This document shows positions 11,621 through 21,967 of a stretch of DNA of 64,000 nt, piece after piece. Within the stretch, counting starts at the first letter, position 1, and every line of letters begins with the position of its first letter. The notes beneath the pieces are model-generated. The model saw only the letters and a list, made by a program, of their open reading frames with translations, was not told the DNA's origin and did no database searches. Source of the DNA: an uncultured Nitrososphaerales archaeon (lineage in GTDB: Archaea; Thermoproteota; Nitrososphaeria; Nitrososphaerales; Nitrososphaeraceae); the NCBI GenBank assembly GCA_963709405.1, contig CAVPXM010000055.1, positions 1 to 64,000 on the forward strand. The letters run 5' to 3'. The position numbers and the translations under genes are program-made.

Positions 11621-13040
11621 TTTTCCTCCTAATTTTTAATTCTTCTTTGTTTTGTACTGCTTCATTTTCGGATTCATTGAGATGTATATCATACATATTT
11701 TCTGAGCTTGCAAAATCGATCTTTCTATTAATATTCGGTTTCCTAGTGCTACCACCCTTGTCAGCATCAGGCGCGGTATCAGGAATGTGCAAATTTGAAT
11801 CTAATAAAAGGGTATTTTTATGATTTGTAATTATCTCTTTAAACCTTTGGAAAATAAACGTACAATCATTAGGACCTGGAGAGGCCTCGGGATGAAATTG
11901 GACCGCGATTATCGGCTTGGAAACGTGTTCTATACCTTCAATAGTGTCATCGTCAATGTTTGAGAACCAAACCTTGAATCCTGCTCTTTCCATCGTTTCG
12001 GCTGCTATGCCATAACCGTGGTTTTGGCTTGTGATGTATGTCATATTATTATACAAGTCAAGGCATGGTTTATTCTGGCCTCGATGACCAAATTTCAATT
12101 TGTATGTCTCTGCACCTCCGGCAAGAGCAAGAATCTGCTGCCCAAGACATATTCCGAGAGTTGGTGTAGATTTCTTGATTAGTTCGGTGGCCGTCCTGAC
12201 AGTTTTGCTACAGATTTTTGGATCACCGGGTCCATTACTTATTACTACCCCGGAAGGATTGTAACGCATTACTTCATCAAAAGGAGTATCCCAAGGCAGT
12301 CTAACTACGTTGAATCCCATCTTGAGGATATTTCGAATAATGCTGTATTTCGTGCCAGTATCCAAGAGAACAATTGTCTCTAAGTTGGGAGAACTGGAAT
12401 TTGGGTTTCTATATACTACAGGTTTCTTAGTTGACACTTCGTGCATAAAATTATGAGCGTCATAGCTATAGTCCTTGATCGTTGCATGAATGCCCTCCCT
12501 TTCCTGTTCAGAAGTCAACCTCGATTCAATGGATGGTGAATTAGGAGCGGAGAATCGCTGCACCGATATCGCACCTTTCATTATACCATTTATCCTCAAT
12601 ATCTTGGTTAATTCGCGCGTATCTATATCATATACGCCAGGGATCTTTTCTTCGTAGAGCCATCGGTCCAATGTTTTGATACAACTCCAGTGACTAGCAA
12701 TAGCTGACAAATTATGAATCAATAATCCCTTTATTTGAATTTGATCAGACTCAAAATATTTGGGCAGACCCAAATTCATCTTTCACGTCTTTGTCGGGTA
12801 CCCCATAATTTCCAACAAGTGGATAAGTCAAACATAGTATCTGCCCACGATAGGAGGGATCTGTAAGTGTCTCGGTGTAACCAACCATTCCAGTGTTAAA
12901 TACCACTTCTCCAACAACACTTGTCTCGTATCCAAAACCAATTCCCTCAAAAAGCGTGCCATCTTCTAATACAAACCTACCTTTGTAACCAGAACATGTC
13001 CGCTCAAGTGTTGGAATTTTAGACCCTCGTCTGCTTTCAA
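11607..13040 (-). CDS. carA: Carbamoyl-phosphate synthase small subunit, frameshifted; start uncertain (13040 or 12997)
   Basis: [15 protein letters not shown]...[37 protein letters not shown], then after an extra G at ~12771 [21 protein letters not shown] and [11 protein letters not shown]. Confidence 0.93.
11625..11630 (-). promoter_or_regulatory. Shine-Dalgarno for carB exon 1
   Basis: AGGAGG 4 nt upstream of the ATG at 11620, inside the end of carA. Confidence 0.75.
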
Positions 13041-13483
13041 GAAATGCAAATTTAAATTTTGCTGTTTATTAAGGGTAATTGATTGTATTAAATCTGGTGT
13101 ATCATAACATTGGTATGCGACTAGGAATAAATTTGTTACTAGGGAGGCGGAATGAGTATTACTGTCCAAAACAATACACAACCATTTTCGTTTAGCATGA
13201 ACCTTGGTAGTCAGGACTAGCAATTGATGGGTTGTCTCCGATTCTTTCGTTTTTAATACTGTTTTGCTGTCAGGACAGATATATCATTCAGGCAAAAATC
13301 TTGAGATGTATAGATCTAGTCATGTAAGAGGAAAGCGAGGTAGTACAAGGAACTTGATACTAAATTCAGGTCGCAATTTGAAGCGATGCATCATAGTCGT
13401 TAAAGTCAAGATGGGGGATTTGTCATTGCAAGATCTAAACGAATGACTAAATACATATATGCATAACGCAAACGAATTTTGAC

Positions 13484-13978
13484 ATGGGGAAAAAGCAGAA
13501 GAGAAAACAGCAGGATATAAAGCATAGGGGTTTGTCCAGAAATAGTTACATGATTATTGGTGGGATTGCTATTGTTATTGCGTTAGGAGCTTACTTTGGG
13601 ATTCGCACTTTAATTCCCGTTAACGGCACGTCGCCAGTATTTGCAGCTCCTACTAATACGTTTATCAAGGCAACTTATTCTCCGCAAAGCGGGTACACGT
13701 TCACCAGTCAGTCTAGTGGAGGTAGAGGACAAAGTATCGGTGTGGGATTTAACAGCCCAACAATCACCATGAAGAAGGGCGACCTCAATTCCATACATTT
13801 GATCAATGAGGACCGAGATTCTCAGCATAATTTGAATATAGATGCCTTTAAAGTACATACGGGAAATCTGGGCTACTTTCAAAGCAAGACCATAACATTT
13901 ATTGCAGATAAAGCAGGTACCTTTCAGTATTATTGCACTATCCATCCTGAAATGAAAGGAAAGCTAGTGGTACAATGA
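13484..13978 (+). CDS. Membrane-anchored cupredoxin (blue copper) protein
   Basis: Basic N-terminus, one TM helix, QHNLNI and YYCTIHPEMKG providing His/Cys/His/Met ligands. Confidence 0.85.
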   Translation: MGKKQKRKQQDIKHRGLSRNSYMIIGGIAIVIALGAYFGIRTLIPVNGTSPVFAAPTNTFIKATYSPQSGYTFTSQSSGGRGQSIGVGFNSPTITMKKGDLNSIHLINEDRDSQHNLNIDAFKVHTGNLGYFQSKTITFIADKAGTFQYYCTIHPEMKGKLVVQ

Positions 13979-14052
13979 ATTTTTGTTAGCTAAATAAACA
14001 TAAATCTTCTGCATTGAATAGGTGGCTTTCTCAGTTCGAGCGATAATCTACG

Positions 14053-14097
14053 TTTGTGTGCTTTTTTTGTACTTGTGCTTTTTTTGTACTTTTTTTA
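14053..14097 (+). terminator. Oligo-T tract terminator with duplicated TGTGCTTTTTTTGTACT unit
   Basis: Three T7 runs between the convergent cupredoxin and Nramp genes. Confidence 0.45.
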
Positions 14098-14136
14098 GAT
14101 CCATCCGATAGTGTAACACACGCTAAGACGGACTAG

Positions 14137-15445
14137 CTAGAAGAAAAATTGGTAAGTGATGAGTAAGATGTTCATCACTATGATCACAGCCGTACATATC
14201 AACGCAAGAATTTTCGTAACAGATCTGTTAACCCCCTCTGAGCCCATTATCTTTTTCCTCCCGGTAAAGTATACTAGTGGAATAACGGTAAAAGGTAGTT
14301 GTATACTCAGGATGACTTGACTAATCACCAGAATCGATAGTGGTGAGGCGCCAAAAGAGATCGCTATTATGGCAGGAACCAGGGTTATTAGCCTAGTCAC
14401 GATGCGCCGCTTCCACAGCTTTATTTTCAGGTTCGTGAATCCTTCAAATATTACTTGACCAGAAAGTGTTGCCACAACCGATGAGGCTATACCTGAGGCT
14501 AAAAGCGCAATTGCAAATGCATAGCTAGAGAGGTTACCTAGTAAGGGACTAAGTGTCCTGTATGCAACATCGATCGAGTCTATCACAACGTTGTGCGTAT
14601 GAAACGTCGAGGCTGACACCACTAATATTGCCCCATTGACCAAGCCTGCTAGACTTAGAGCAATAATGGTGTCTATCATTGAAAACCTTATCAATCGGTG
14701 TTTGGAATTTCCATCCGACTCCGTCTTGTATCTCGATCTTATAATTGACGAATGCAAGTAGATGGCATGGGGCATAACTGTAGCGCCCAATATTCCTACT
14801 GCAATTAGCAGGCCCTCACCCTTAAGAGGGTTAATTTCCGGAACTACCGCGTGATATGCTATATCATTCCAATTAGGCTGCGCTAAAATGATCTCAATAA
14901 TATATGCGAAACCGATTATGGCAACCATTCCTATTATTGCAGCTTCCAATTTTCGGAATCCTTTTCTTTCAAGACCAAGAATAAGCAGAGTATCAAATCC
15001 TGTGATTATCGCACCATAAACTAAAGGAAGGCCAAATAACAAATTTATCGCTACAGCTGCGCCAATGACTTCTGCAAGATCAGTCGCGATGGCCGCTATT
15101 TCAGCAGTTCCCCAAAGAGATAGTGATTTCCATCTCGCTAAATTATGCCGACAATTTTCAGCCAAGCTTCGACCAGTCACTATGCCCAACTTTGAGGATA
15201 AATATTGAAGTAACATCCCCATCAAATTGCTCATAACGACTACCCATAGTAACGAATATCCGAATTTCGAGCCTGCTCGCTATATCAGTTCCCCAATTAC
15301 CTGGGTCAATATACGCCACACCCACAACAATTCCGATACCCATAAATTTTAAAAAGTGGACCAGATTGAAACCTTTGGAAAATTGGTGGTCTACAGAAGT
15401 ATACGACTCTTCCTTCCTTCCAGCCCTTTTGATATTGTCGTTCAC
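14137..15445 (-). CDS. mntH: Nramp/MntH divalent metal transporter, one frameshift near 15277
   Basis: VAYIDPGNWGTD signature, ATDLAEVIG, GATVMPHAIYLHS, SQVILSIQLPF. Confidence 0.92.
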
Positions 15446-15481
15446 TTGCTAACACTAGTATTTGTATGGCAGAATATAAAG

Positions 15482-15515
15482 TTTAGCACAGGCTAACATT
15501 ATTAGTTTACTGTAA
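15482..15515. promoter_or_regulatory. Candidate metal-responsive operator pair next to the mntH TATA box
   Basis: Palindrome TTAGC-ACAG-GCTAA (15483-15496) and an imperfect TTAG-N6-GTAA (15502-15515) lie just upstream of minus-strand TTTATA (15475-15480). Confidence 0.5.
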
Positions 15516-15575
15516 CATATCACAAAAAAAGCATTGACAGGCCGACGAACCCGTCAAATCAGTGCCCATTGAGGA

Positions 15576-15940
15576 ATGAAAGGCAAATCAATTCAACATA
15601 TGATAGCGACAATTTCGGAGTTATTTTCTGATTATAAGTCTATTGCTATTTTGAGTTATAATTACTATTGAACGGTGGGAAAGCTCGCTGATTATAGATA
15701 AACTAAATCCGACCCTGAAACATGTATTATTCGAGAGTGGCCTACCTGGCAAGGAATGGTATAATAAACCGCAGGAAGGGCAAACACTTTTCAACGTTCT
15801 TTGTTAGAACCATCTATAGTCCTTATAGAATCGTGGAATTGGCAGCGGCAAACTACTGGAGGCGCCCATTGATTCGGTCCGACAGGCAGCGTAATATGGA
15901 GAAATACAACTGCCGCTGGACTGGTGTGGCAAGACTATAA
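15576..15940 (+). pseudogene. Decayed winged-helix protein of a Nitrososphaera-type family
   Basis: ATISELFSDYKSIAILS...LIIDKLNPTLK...YYSRVAYLARNGIINRRKGKHF...AAANYWR spread over several frames with stops. Confidence 0.55.
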
Positions 15941-16200
15941 ATTCACACATTGATCAGCTGGTTCCATAACTGATGTGCCACCTGCCTGGAATGCCTGTTT
16001 GTATGTGGCATCAGTATAATTTACATACAAATAAATCGGAACAGGCATAGGCTTCCATTGATCCCTTGCATCCGATAACATCACCATTGAGTATCCTATT
16101 CTCATCGCAGCATGTCCTATTGAGTTATCGGGATTGCTCATACGATGTATCTCTTGAGTGCCAAATGCTTCTTTCAAAAATCAATCAATTTTCTTGCTCA
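15935..16200 (-). pseudogene. VOC/PhnB-like glyoxalase fragment
   Basis: LKEAFG...PDNSIGHAAMRIGYSMVMLSD...IYLYVNYTDATYKQAFQAGGTSVMEPADQ; both ends missing. Confidence 0.7.
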
Positions 16201-16435
16201 GTTCATCATTGGTTCAATTCTAAAATCAATCAATTTTCTGATTCTATTGTGATGTTTGCTGAAGAAAGTCTAAAATTAAGAGGTATTCCCTCAAGTATTT
16301 TAGACAATTCTTTGCAATATGGATACCCCATAACTTTCGTAGGATTCTTGCCAGTCATTACCTCGAATTGTAATATGGATCACAAGAAGATCTTTTTTGG
16401 ATAGTAATTTTTCATAAATCTATGACCTCTTGAAT

Positions 16436-16723
16436 TTAACAAAATACCTCCTTCACCACGTATTTGCTTCTGTGGCTGGAGTAACCAATGCTTACTATGG
16501 CCAAACCATTCCAGTAGAGTATTAGCCGCATCTTTCCAGCTCCCAGTTTGCATGCAAAGATATCAAATAAAAGTCCGTCATGGTCTTCATTTTTCTTGTT
16601 CTGTTCTAGAAGATTATTACACATTGCCTTGATTGCACCAGCTTCATATGCTCCAAGCTCTCCTGCTGCAAGAATTAGAGCTCTTTGTTTTTTCGACGCT
16701 ATATTAGCCTTCAATGCTGACAT
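16436..16723 (-). pseudogene. Patatin-like phospholipase N-terminal remnant
   Basis: QRALILAAGELGAYEAGAIKAM...LFDIFA resembles RALVLQGGGALGAYEAG...FDIVAG; the GxSxG nucleophile motif is lost. Confidence 0.6.
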
Positions 16724-17044
16724 TGTAATAACAAGAAACGGATCTTCTTAACGCTACCTTTGAAATTTATTAAAAAGTATGGTCGTTTGCTGATTAATGA
16801 ACGTCTGATAGTATGCCACAATTGCTCGTAATTGCAAAAATAATTGAAGATACTTGGTCCATAATACTAGGCGTCAAACTGATAGCCATCGTATAGCTAG
16901 GGAGCACATAGGATAATTGAAACTGAATTGATTAAGGATTCATGTATCTGAAATCATAACTACAGTGGTCAGTAACAGACTATCCAGTATCCAATCTAGG
17001 ATCTCCTAGAGCACTAAGCAAGTCAGATCGCATTCGATTGATTA

Positions 17045-17473
17045 TTACCTAAACAGGTATGCAGCAATGGCCAAAATATGTTCTATGAGGCCGTCTTCAT
17101 TCTTTCTCTTGTGGCGAGTGTATCTTTGCAGCATCTTTAGAGCATCAAGTGTAGTAAAAAAGTATTCTGAAGAGAAGAAGTACAATCTTCGTCTTCTTGT
17201 ACTCAAAATCAACCCTTTTTCCATCAATCTTGTAATTAGCTCAGAAACGATCGAAGTGTTAAGTTTCACCTCCTTAGAGATTTTTCGCTCTGTCTTCAAG
17301 CTACTTTTCAGGGACGTCAGTATTCGAAGCTCCCACTCATCAAGATGTATTTCATTGGTAGCTTCGTTATCATTAGCATTATCATTATTATACATGTATC
17401 TGTTGTCATTGCCATTAGAAAAATTGCCATAACTATTACGAGTACGATAACCTTTATCCATCCAAAATCCCAC
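17045..17473 (-). CDS. Winged helix-turn-helix protein
   Basis: ELRILTSLKSSLKTERKISKEVKLNTSIVSELITRLMEKGLI after an Asn-rich N-terminus. Confidence 0.6.
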   Translation of the reverse strand: MGFWMDKGYRTRNSYGNFSNGNDNRYMYNNDNANDNEATNEIHLDEWELRILTSLKSSLKTERKISKEVKLNTSIVSELITRLMEKGLILSTRRRRLYFFSSEYFFTTLDALKMLQRYTRHKRKNEDGLIEHILAIAAYLFR

Positions 17474-17552
17474 TGCTCACTATACTACTATAGATTTGAT
17501 GCTATTTAATAATTCAGTCTAGACAGCCCAAATCGTGGCAGATTATCGAACA

Positions 17553-17699
17553 TCAAGCGAAATACTTTTTCAATATTTTTGACATTTTCAGTTTAACTAC
17601 ATCGTTATCTTTCAATGTCTGCGGATGTCTGTCTCTCAAGTGCTTTAGTGCAAATCGAACCTCATCGCCACAGAGCTTACATTTTGCCTTCGAAAACAT
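17553..17699 (-). CDS. 48-aa C2H2-like zinc-finger micro-protein
   Basis: MFSKAKCKLCGDEVRFALKHLRDRHP: CxxC followed by Hx4H. Confidence 0.65.
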   Translation of the reverse strand: MFSKAKCKLCGDEVRFALKHLRDRHPQTLKDNDVVKLKMSKILKKYFA

Positions 17700-17991
17700 G
17701 ATCTTATTTAACCAACGGCCTTCAAAATCCTTACTCTTCCATTGAATGCAAAATGACAATCTAAGATACTGACAGAAACGAGAATTCCTGTCCATATTTG
17801 ATGGTATTGAATAAGATCACAGATGCTCATGCAGCCATCAGTTGGTTAGGTTCGCGAAATAGAAGTCCCCACACCACGTTTGCAAACTTTACGAGTGTTC
17901 CGAGTTTAATGGGCTATGACGAGCCTAAAATAATGGGGGGAGTGAATGATTGTATTAGGTGTGAGTAAAAATATAACTCAGACTAGACAAT

Positions 17992-18114
17992 ATGTTTAGT
18001 GTCGTGGAGCGAGAAAAGTTAAGATTTATACTGGGACTGGTGGCGTTCCTCTTTTGCATAGGATTAGGATATACTTTGAACCATTACTTTCGTAGTGGCA
18101 AATTACCATGGTAG
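17992..18114 (+). CDS. Possible 40-aa single-TM micro-protein (not in ORF track)
   Basis: MFSVVEREKLRFILGLVAFLFCIGLGYTLNHYFRSGKLPW, with an AT-rich TATA-like box about 20 nt upstream. Confidence 0.4.
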   Translation: MFSVVEREKLRFILGLVAFLFCIGLGYTLNHYFRSGKLPW

Positions 18115-18261
18115 GACATTGAGTTCAAGAATAATGCAAATAAACCCAAAATACTATTCTAAGAAATAAGCCGGAGGTGTAAGAATGTAATCCAGAGGGC
18201 CATCAGGTATAAAATTTGTTCCAAAAAAATAAGAATGGGTCTCTACTTGACGCGTATGTTT

Positions 18262-18510
18262 CTACTGTGAAGATGCGACGCTTGCGGCGTTACGTTTGCC
18301 CTGAATTTGAGAGCCAGAATTTTGGCAGTCAACTTTGTAAGGGAATGGACCGTTTCCACAGGCATTTGCCTGCGCTAGCGATTGACTTTGCTTTGTTTTA
18401 GAGTAGTGATGGTGTCCCCATGCATATGCGCTGCTCGCTGCACTAGTTGTTATCAACAATGCGGCTAGTGTCGCAATAGCTACTATTGTATACGTGGTTT
18501 TGCTGTTCAT
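18262..18510 (-). CDS. Small secreted Gln/Ser/Asn-rich protein with a Cys pair
   Basis: Signal peptide ending SSAYA, then QSQSLAQANACGNG...DCQNSGSQIQGKRNAASVASSQ. Confidence 0.7.
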   Translation of the reverse strand: MNSKTTYTIVAIATLAALLITTSAASSAYAWGHHHYSKTKQSQSLAQANACGNGPFPYKVDCQNSGSQIQGKRNAASVASSQ

Positions 18511-18826
18511 ACCTATAATTCTCAAAAAACATAATGTGGTAATGATTTATTTACATTAGGAGCAATACTACACCCTCTTAAATCAGATATCTTTTACAGT
18601 GAATTTCATAGTTGCATGGGATTGCAATTGCGTCGAGATAATAAATTTATCAAGATATTGGAAATTATTATTACTCAGTTTGTAATAAACATCGAATCTT
18701 GAAACTCACGAAACATGCCCGAGAGATAGCCATTAGGAAACTTGTATTTTTTCTACGTGCCACTGTTTTAACATTAAAGTCGATTAAAGTTAATTATAAC
18801 CGTCTCATTGATGTACTCATACAGTA

Positions 18827-20278
18827 TTGCTACAGCAATACTATGATATTGCAATAGTTGGAGGGGGTATCCTAGGTGCCTCTTTAGCCTATTTTGTCTC
18901 GGCTTCATCTTCGAGTAGTGTGATCCTAATTGAAAAGGAACAGGCGGTAGCTCTTCACGCAAGCAGTAGGAATACTGGTAAGGTTCATGCGCCGTTCCTA
19001 TATGATCCAATCCATAAGAAGCTATTTGCAAGGGCAGCCTATTTGGGGTTTCAGATGTTATTCGATTATTGCAAATCCTGTTCTTTGCCATTCAGGCTAG
19101 ACGGGGTCCTGTCAGTTGCCACATATGACAAGGGTATCGATGCGCTTCACAAGTACCTTGAATGGGGCATTGAAAATGGTCTACGAAAAGATGAATTAAT
19201 CCTTCTCGATAATGAGAGGATATCAAGAGTCGAACCTAACGTAAAATGTATGGCAGCACTTTATTGCTCAAGAGACGGGTCTGTTAATTACGGAGCTATA
19301 ACTAGGCAATTAGTACACGACGCTTCCACATTTGGCTGTAAGGTCGTTACAGGAAGCAAGGTCGTGAAAATAAACAGAGAGAAATCGACATCAGAAATCC
19401 AGTATATTGATAATAAGGCTCGCATAGCTATAAGATGGCCCGCCAAGAAGCACAGTATTAATACTGAATATGATATTGGCAAGGATGGGCCGACTGAAGC
19501 ACTCACTTTAAGCTCGGAGAACGAAATTAGAAGTTCCGTCATGACAATCCATACCAACTACGTAATTAATGCAGCTGGAGGAAATGCTGTTGGCATCGCA
19601 CATTCGATGAATGCTGCCTCTGAATATACTAATCTTTATTTTCGAGGGGAGTATTGGCGAGCTCCACAAGAGTATCAAAATCTTACAAAGATCAGCATCT
19701 ACTCTGTCCCCAGATTTACAGAATACCCATTCCTCGATCCACACTGGATAGTTCGATTCGACGGATCTAATGAAGTAGGCCCAAATGCTGTCCCTGTCTT
19801 TGGGCCATATTCGTATGACTGGTGGAACAATATTCGATTCTCGATACCCAAGATTTTAGAAATTGCAAAAAATAGGGGAATCCCTAAGCTTTTGTTTAAT
19901 CGACAATTCATGTATATGCTTAGTCAAGAATTTAGAAGTTCTCTTTCTAGAACTACGATGATAAATAGAGTAAGAGAGTTTTTGCCTATCCTTAAGCCTT
20001 CACTGTTTAATACCAGAGGTACGTCTGGAATAAGATCACTATTAGTGAGTAATGATGGGAAATTCATTCCAGACATGGTCGAGGTTAAAGATGATAACTC
20101 CCTACATGTTTTAAACTATAATTCACCAGGAGCTACGAGCGCATTACCCATATCAGCCATGATCGTAAACCAATTACTCCGAGATGGCATATTGCGACCA
20201 AGAAAGAATGGCCAATCAATTAAAAGGATAGATAAATGGGATGTTGACCTGATTGATTCGCAGATGAAGAGCAATTAG
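18827..20278 (+). CDS. FAD-dependent oxidoreductase (L-2-hydroxyglutarate oxidase/LhgO-like)
   Basis: DIAIVGGGILG, HASSRNTGKVH, FRGEYW, PFLDPH, GPNAV, NSPGATSAL. Confidence 0.8.
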   Translation: MLQQYYDIAIVGGGILGASLAYFVSASSSSSVILIEKEQAVALHASSRNTGKVHAPFLYDPIHKKLFARAAYLGFQMLFDYCKSCSLPFRLDGVLSVATYDKGIDALHKYLEWGIENGLRKDELILLDNERISRVEPNVKCMAALYCSRDGSVNYGAITRQLVHDASTFGCKVVTGSKVVKINREKSTSEIQYIDNKARIAIRWPAKKHSINTEYDIGKDGPTEALTLSSENEIRSSVMTIHTNYVINAAGGNAVGIAHSMNAASEYTNLYFRGEYWRAPQEYQNLTKISIYSVPRFTEYPFLDPHWIVRFDGSNEVGPNAVPVFGPYSYDWWNNIRFSIPKILEIAKNRGIPKLLFNRQFMYMLSQEFRSSLSRTTMINRVREFLPILKPSLFNTRGTSGIRSLLVSNDGKFIPDMVEVKDDNSLHVLNYNSPGATSALPISAMIVNQLLRDGILRPRKNGQSIKRIDKWDVDLIDSQMKSN

Positions 20279-20540
20279 ATATACTTTTCAGGTGCCAAAA
20301 TCTGAGCAACAACCTTGATTGATGCTCAATGATCTTGGTCGCAAAACACTATATTAAGCTGAAACTATTGATCGATTTGTTGTCGGCTTACTAATCAATA
20401 CAAGCCTCTTGTGAAAACAATGCAAAATTATTTCGAACACTTAATCCGTTCATGAATATAACAAAGACTTTTTTGACATCGAAGAATCAACAAAAAATGA
20501 CAAATCCGTTTTTTATGTTAAAACGAATCAAGTAAAAGTC

Positions 20541-21698
20541 ATGCACAAAAGTGCCAAGGAGAGGAGGTCAGTAATATTTGTGACATTGGCACTTTCGATA
20601 ACAGGCTTTTTGATAACTGTAGCATTAATATCCAGATCGGATTACATGGTATCTAATGATTCTACCAAAAACTCTATCCATCAATCTGAGAGTAAGATAC
20701 ATGGCCCAAAAAATTTTACAGCCGCGGCGCGAATAGTGGAGAGATCGGCCGCAAATAATTCGCATCCAGATACAAGAACACAAGTCCCGAACTTTTCAGC
20801 ATTCAATCCCATTACCTCCTCGAATGGTTCGGGCAGCTCAAATAACAATCTAAACAAAACGAATACGACATCTATAACTGTAAACAGTTCCCGTTCAGAT
20901 ACAAGAACACAAGTCCCGAACTTTTCAGCATTCAATCCCATTACCTCCTCGAATGGTTCGGGCAGCTCAAATAACAATCTAAACAAAACGAATACGACAT
21001 CTATAACTGTAAACAGTTCCCGTTCAGATACAAGAACACAGAATCCTGGTGAATTACCATTCACGCTCCCAGTTAGTAAATCAAATTTTGATTACAGAGC
21101 TAAATCACCTAGTAATACAGATAATAGAACCGAAGGGACGCAGGCCAGTCACACTGCAGAATCGCTAATCGGGTCTTTAATGAATCCTAAGACATTGTTA
21201 TCTTCAGCAATCGATGAAATAGGCAACAGTACCGTAAAGACCAATTCTAACAAAACCACTCAGACCAATTCTAACAAAACCGATAAGATCCGACTTGCGA
21301 ACCCGCAAACTACCACTATCATTCTTTCAAATGAACTTATCCCTGCTAAGGATTATCTATATCTCTATGACTCTTTAGTAAGTGATAATGTCACAGGGCA
21401 TTTAGTTGCGAGGCTCCCATGCTACTCTAATATGAAAAGTCAGCTATTGCTTCTGACAGGCTATTTGCCCAGTCTAAAGTCGGTAAATGATGAGGCAAAG
21501 CCTATAAGACAGATGTCAAAACCTGGTCTTCAATGTATATATGAACTACAAATATTTCATAAAATGTTCCTGCCGCATGGTAGCAATAGCAGTAATATCT
21601 TAGAAATAGCTCTATATAACCCAAATAAAAATCCAATCAGACTTCCATCTGGCAGTTCAGTTAGTGTGAATTTATTGGATTCCCTACCACCCGCTTGA
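20541..21698 (+). CDS. Membrane-anchored exported protein with Asn/Ser/Thr-rich stalk and a two-Cys C-terminal domain
   Basis: N-terminal TM helix, 43-aa duplicated stalk, IPAKDYLYLYDS...GHLVARLPC...SKPGLQCIY. Confidence 0.7.
   Translation: MHKSAKERRSVIFVTLALSITGFLITVALISRSDYMVSNDSTKNSIHQSESKIHGPKNFTAAARIVERSAANNSHPDTRTQVPNFSAFNPITSSNGSGSSNNNLNKTNTTSITVNSSRSDTRTQVPNFSAFNPITSSNGSGSSNNNLNKTNTTSITVNSSRSDTRTQNPGELPFTLPVSKSNFDYRAKSPSNTDNRTEGTQASHTAESLIGSLMNPKTLLSSAIDEIGNSTVKTNSNKTTQTNSNKTDKIRLANPQTTTIILSNELIPAKDYLYLYDSLVSDNVTGHLVARLPCYSNMKSQLLLLTGYLPSLKSVNDEAKPIRQMSKPGLQCIYELQIFHKMFLPHGSNSSNILEIALYNPNKNPIRLPSGSSVSVNLLDSLPPA
20767..21040 (+). repeat. Perfect 129-nt tandem repeat (2 copies plus 16 nt), in frame
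   Basis: cagatacaagaacaca begins at 20767, 20896 and 21025. Confidence 0.95.
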
Positions 21699-21967
21699 CT
21701 CCAGAAAAATGGTTCAAGATTATATTTCTCACTAGATAGTTGTTCGATCCGTATTTCATCCCAACTTCTCATCTAATTCAATTAATTGTCTTATATTTGT
21801 AGAATAAAACTTCTCCTAGGCGACCCTTTAATTTCTGCATTTTTTTGCAACTATATATACTACTATAAGAAATATATATGAAAATTAATTTAAGAATGGA
21901 CTAGAAAGAAAATAGCGTGTAAAGCTAAAAAATAAATATTTAGTACGAATAGACTGATAGATAACAT

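Noticed and set aside
12760-12785. carA frame break as a second intron or programmed frameshift
   Set aside because: Removing one G from GGG restores [11 protein letters not shown]; there is no extra sequence or BHB.
20767-21040. CRISPR array
   Set aside because: Contiguous in-frame coding repeat with no spacers; no repeat-spacer array or cas gene was seen in the window.
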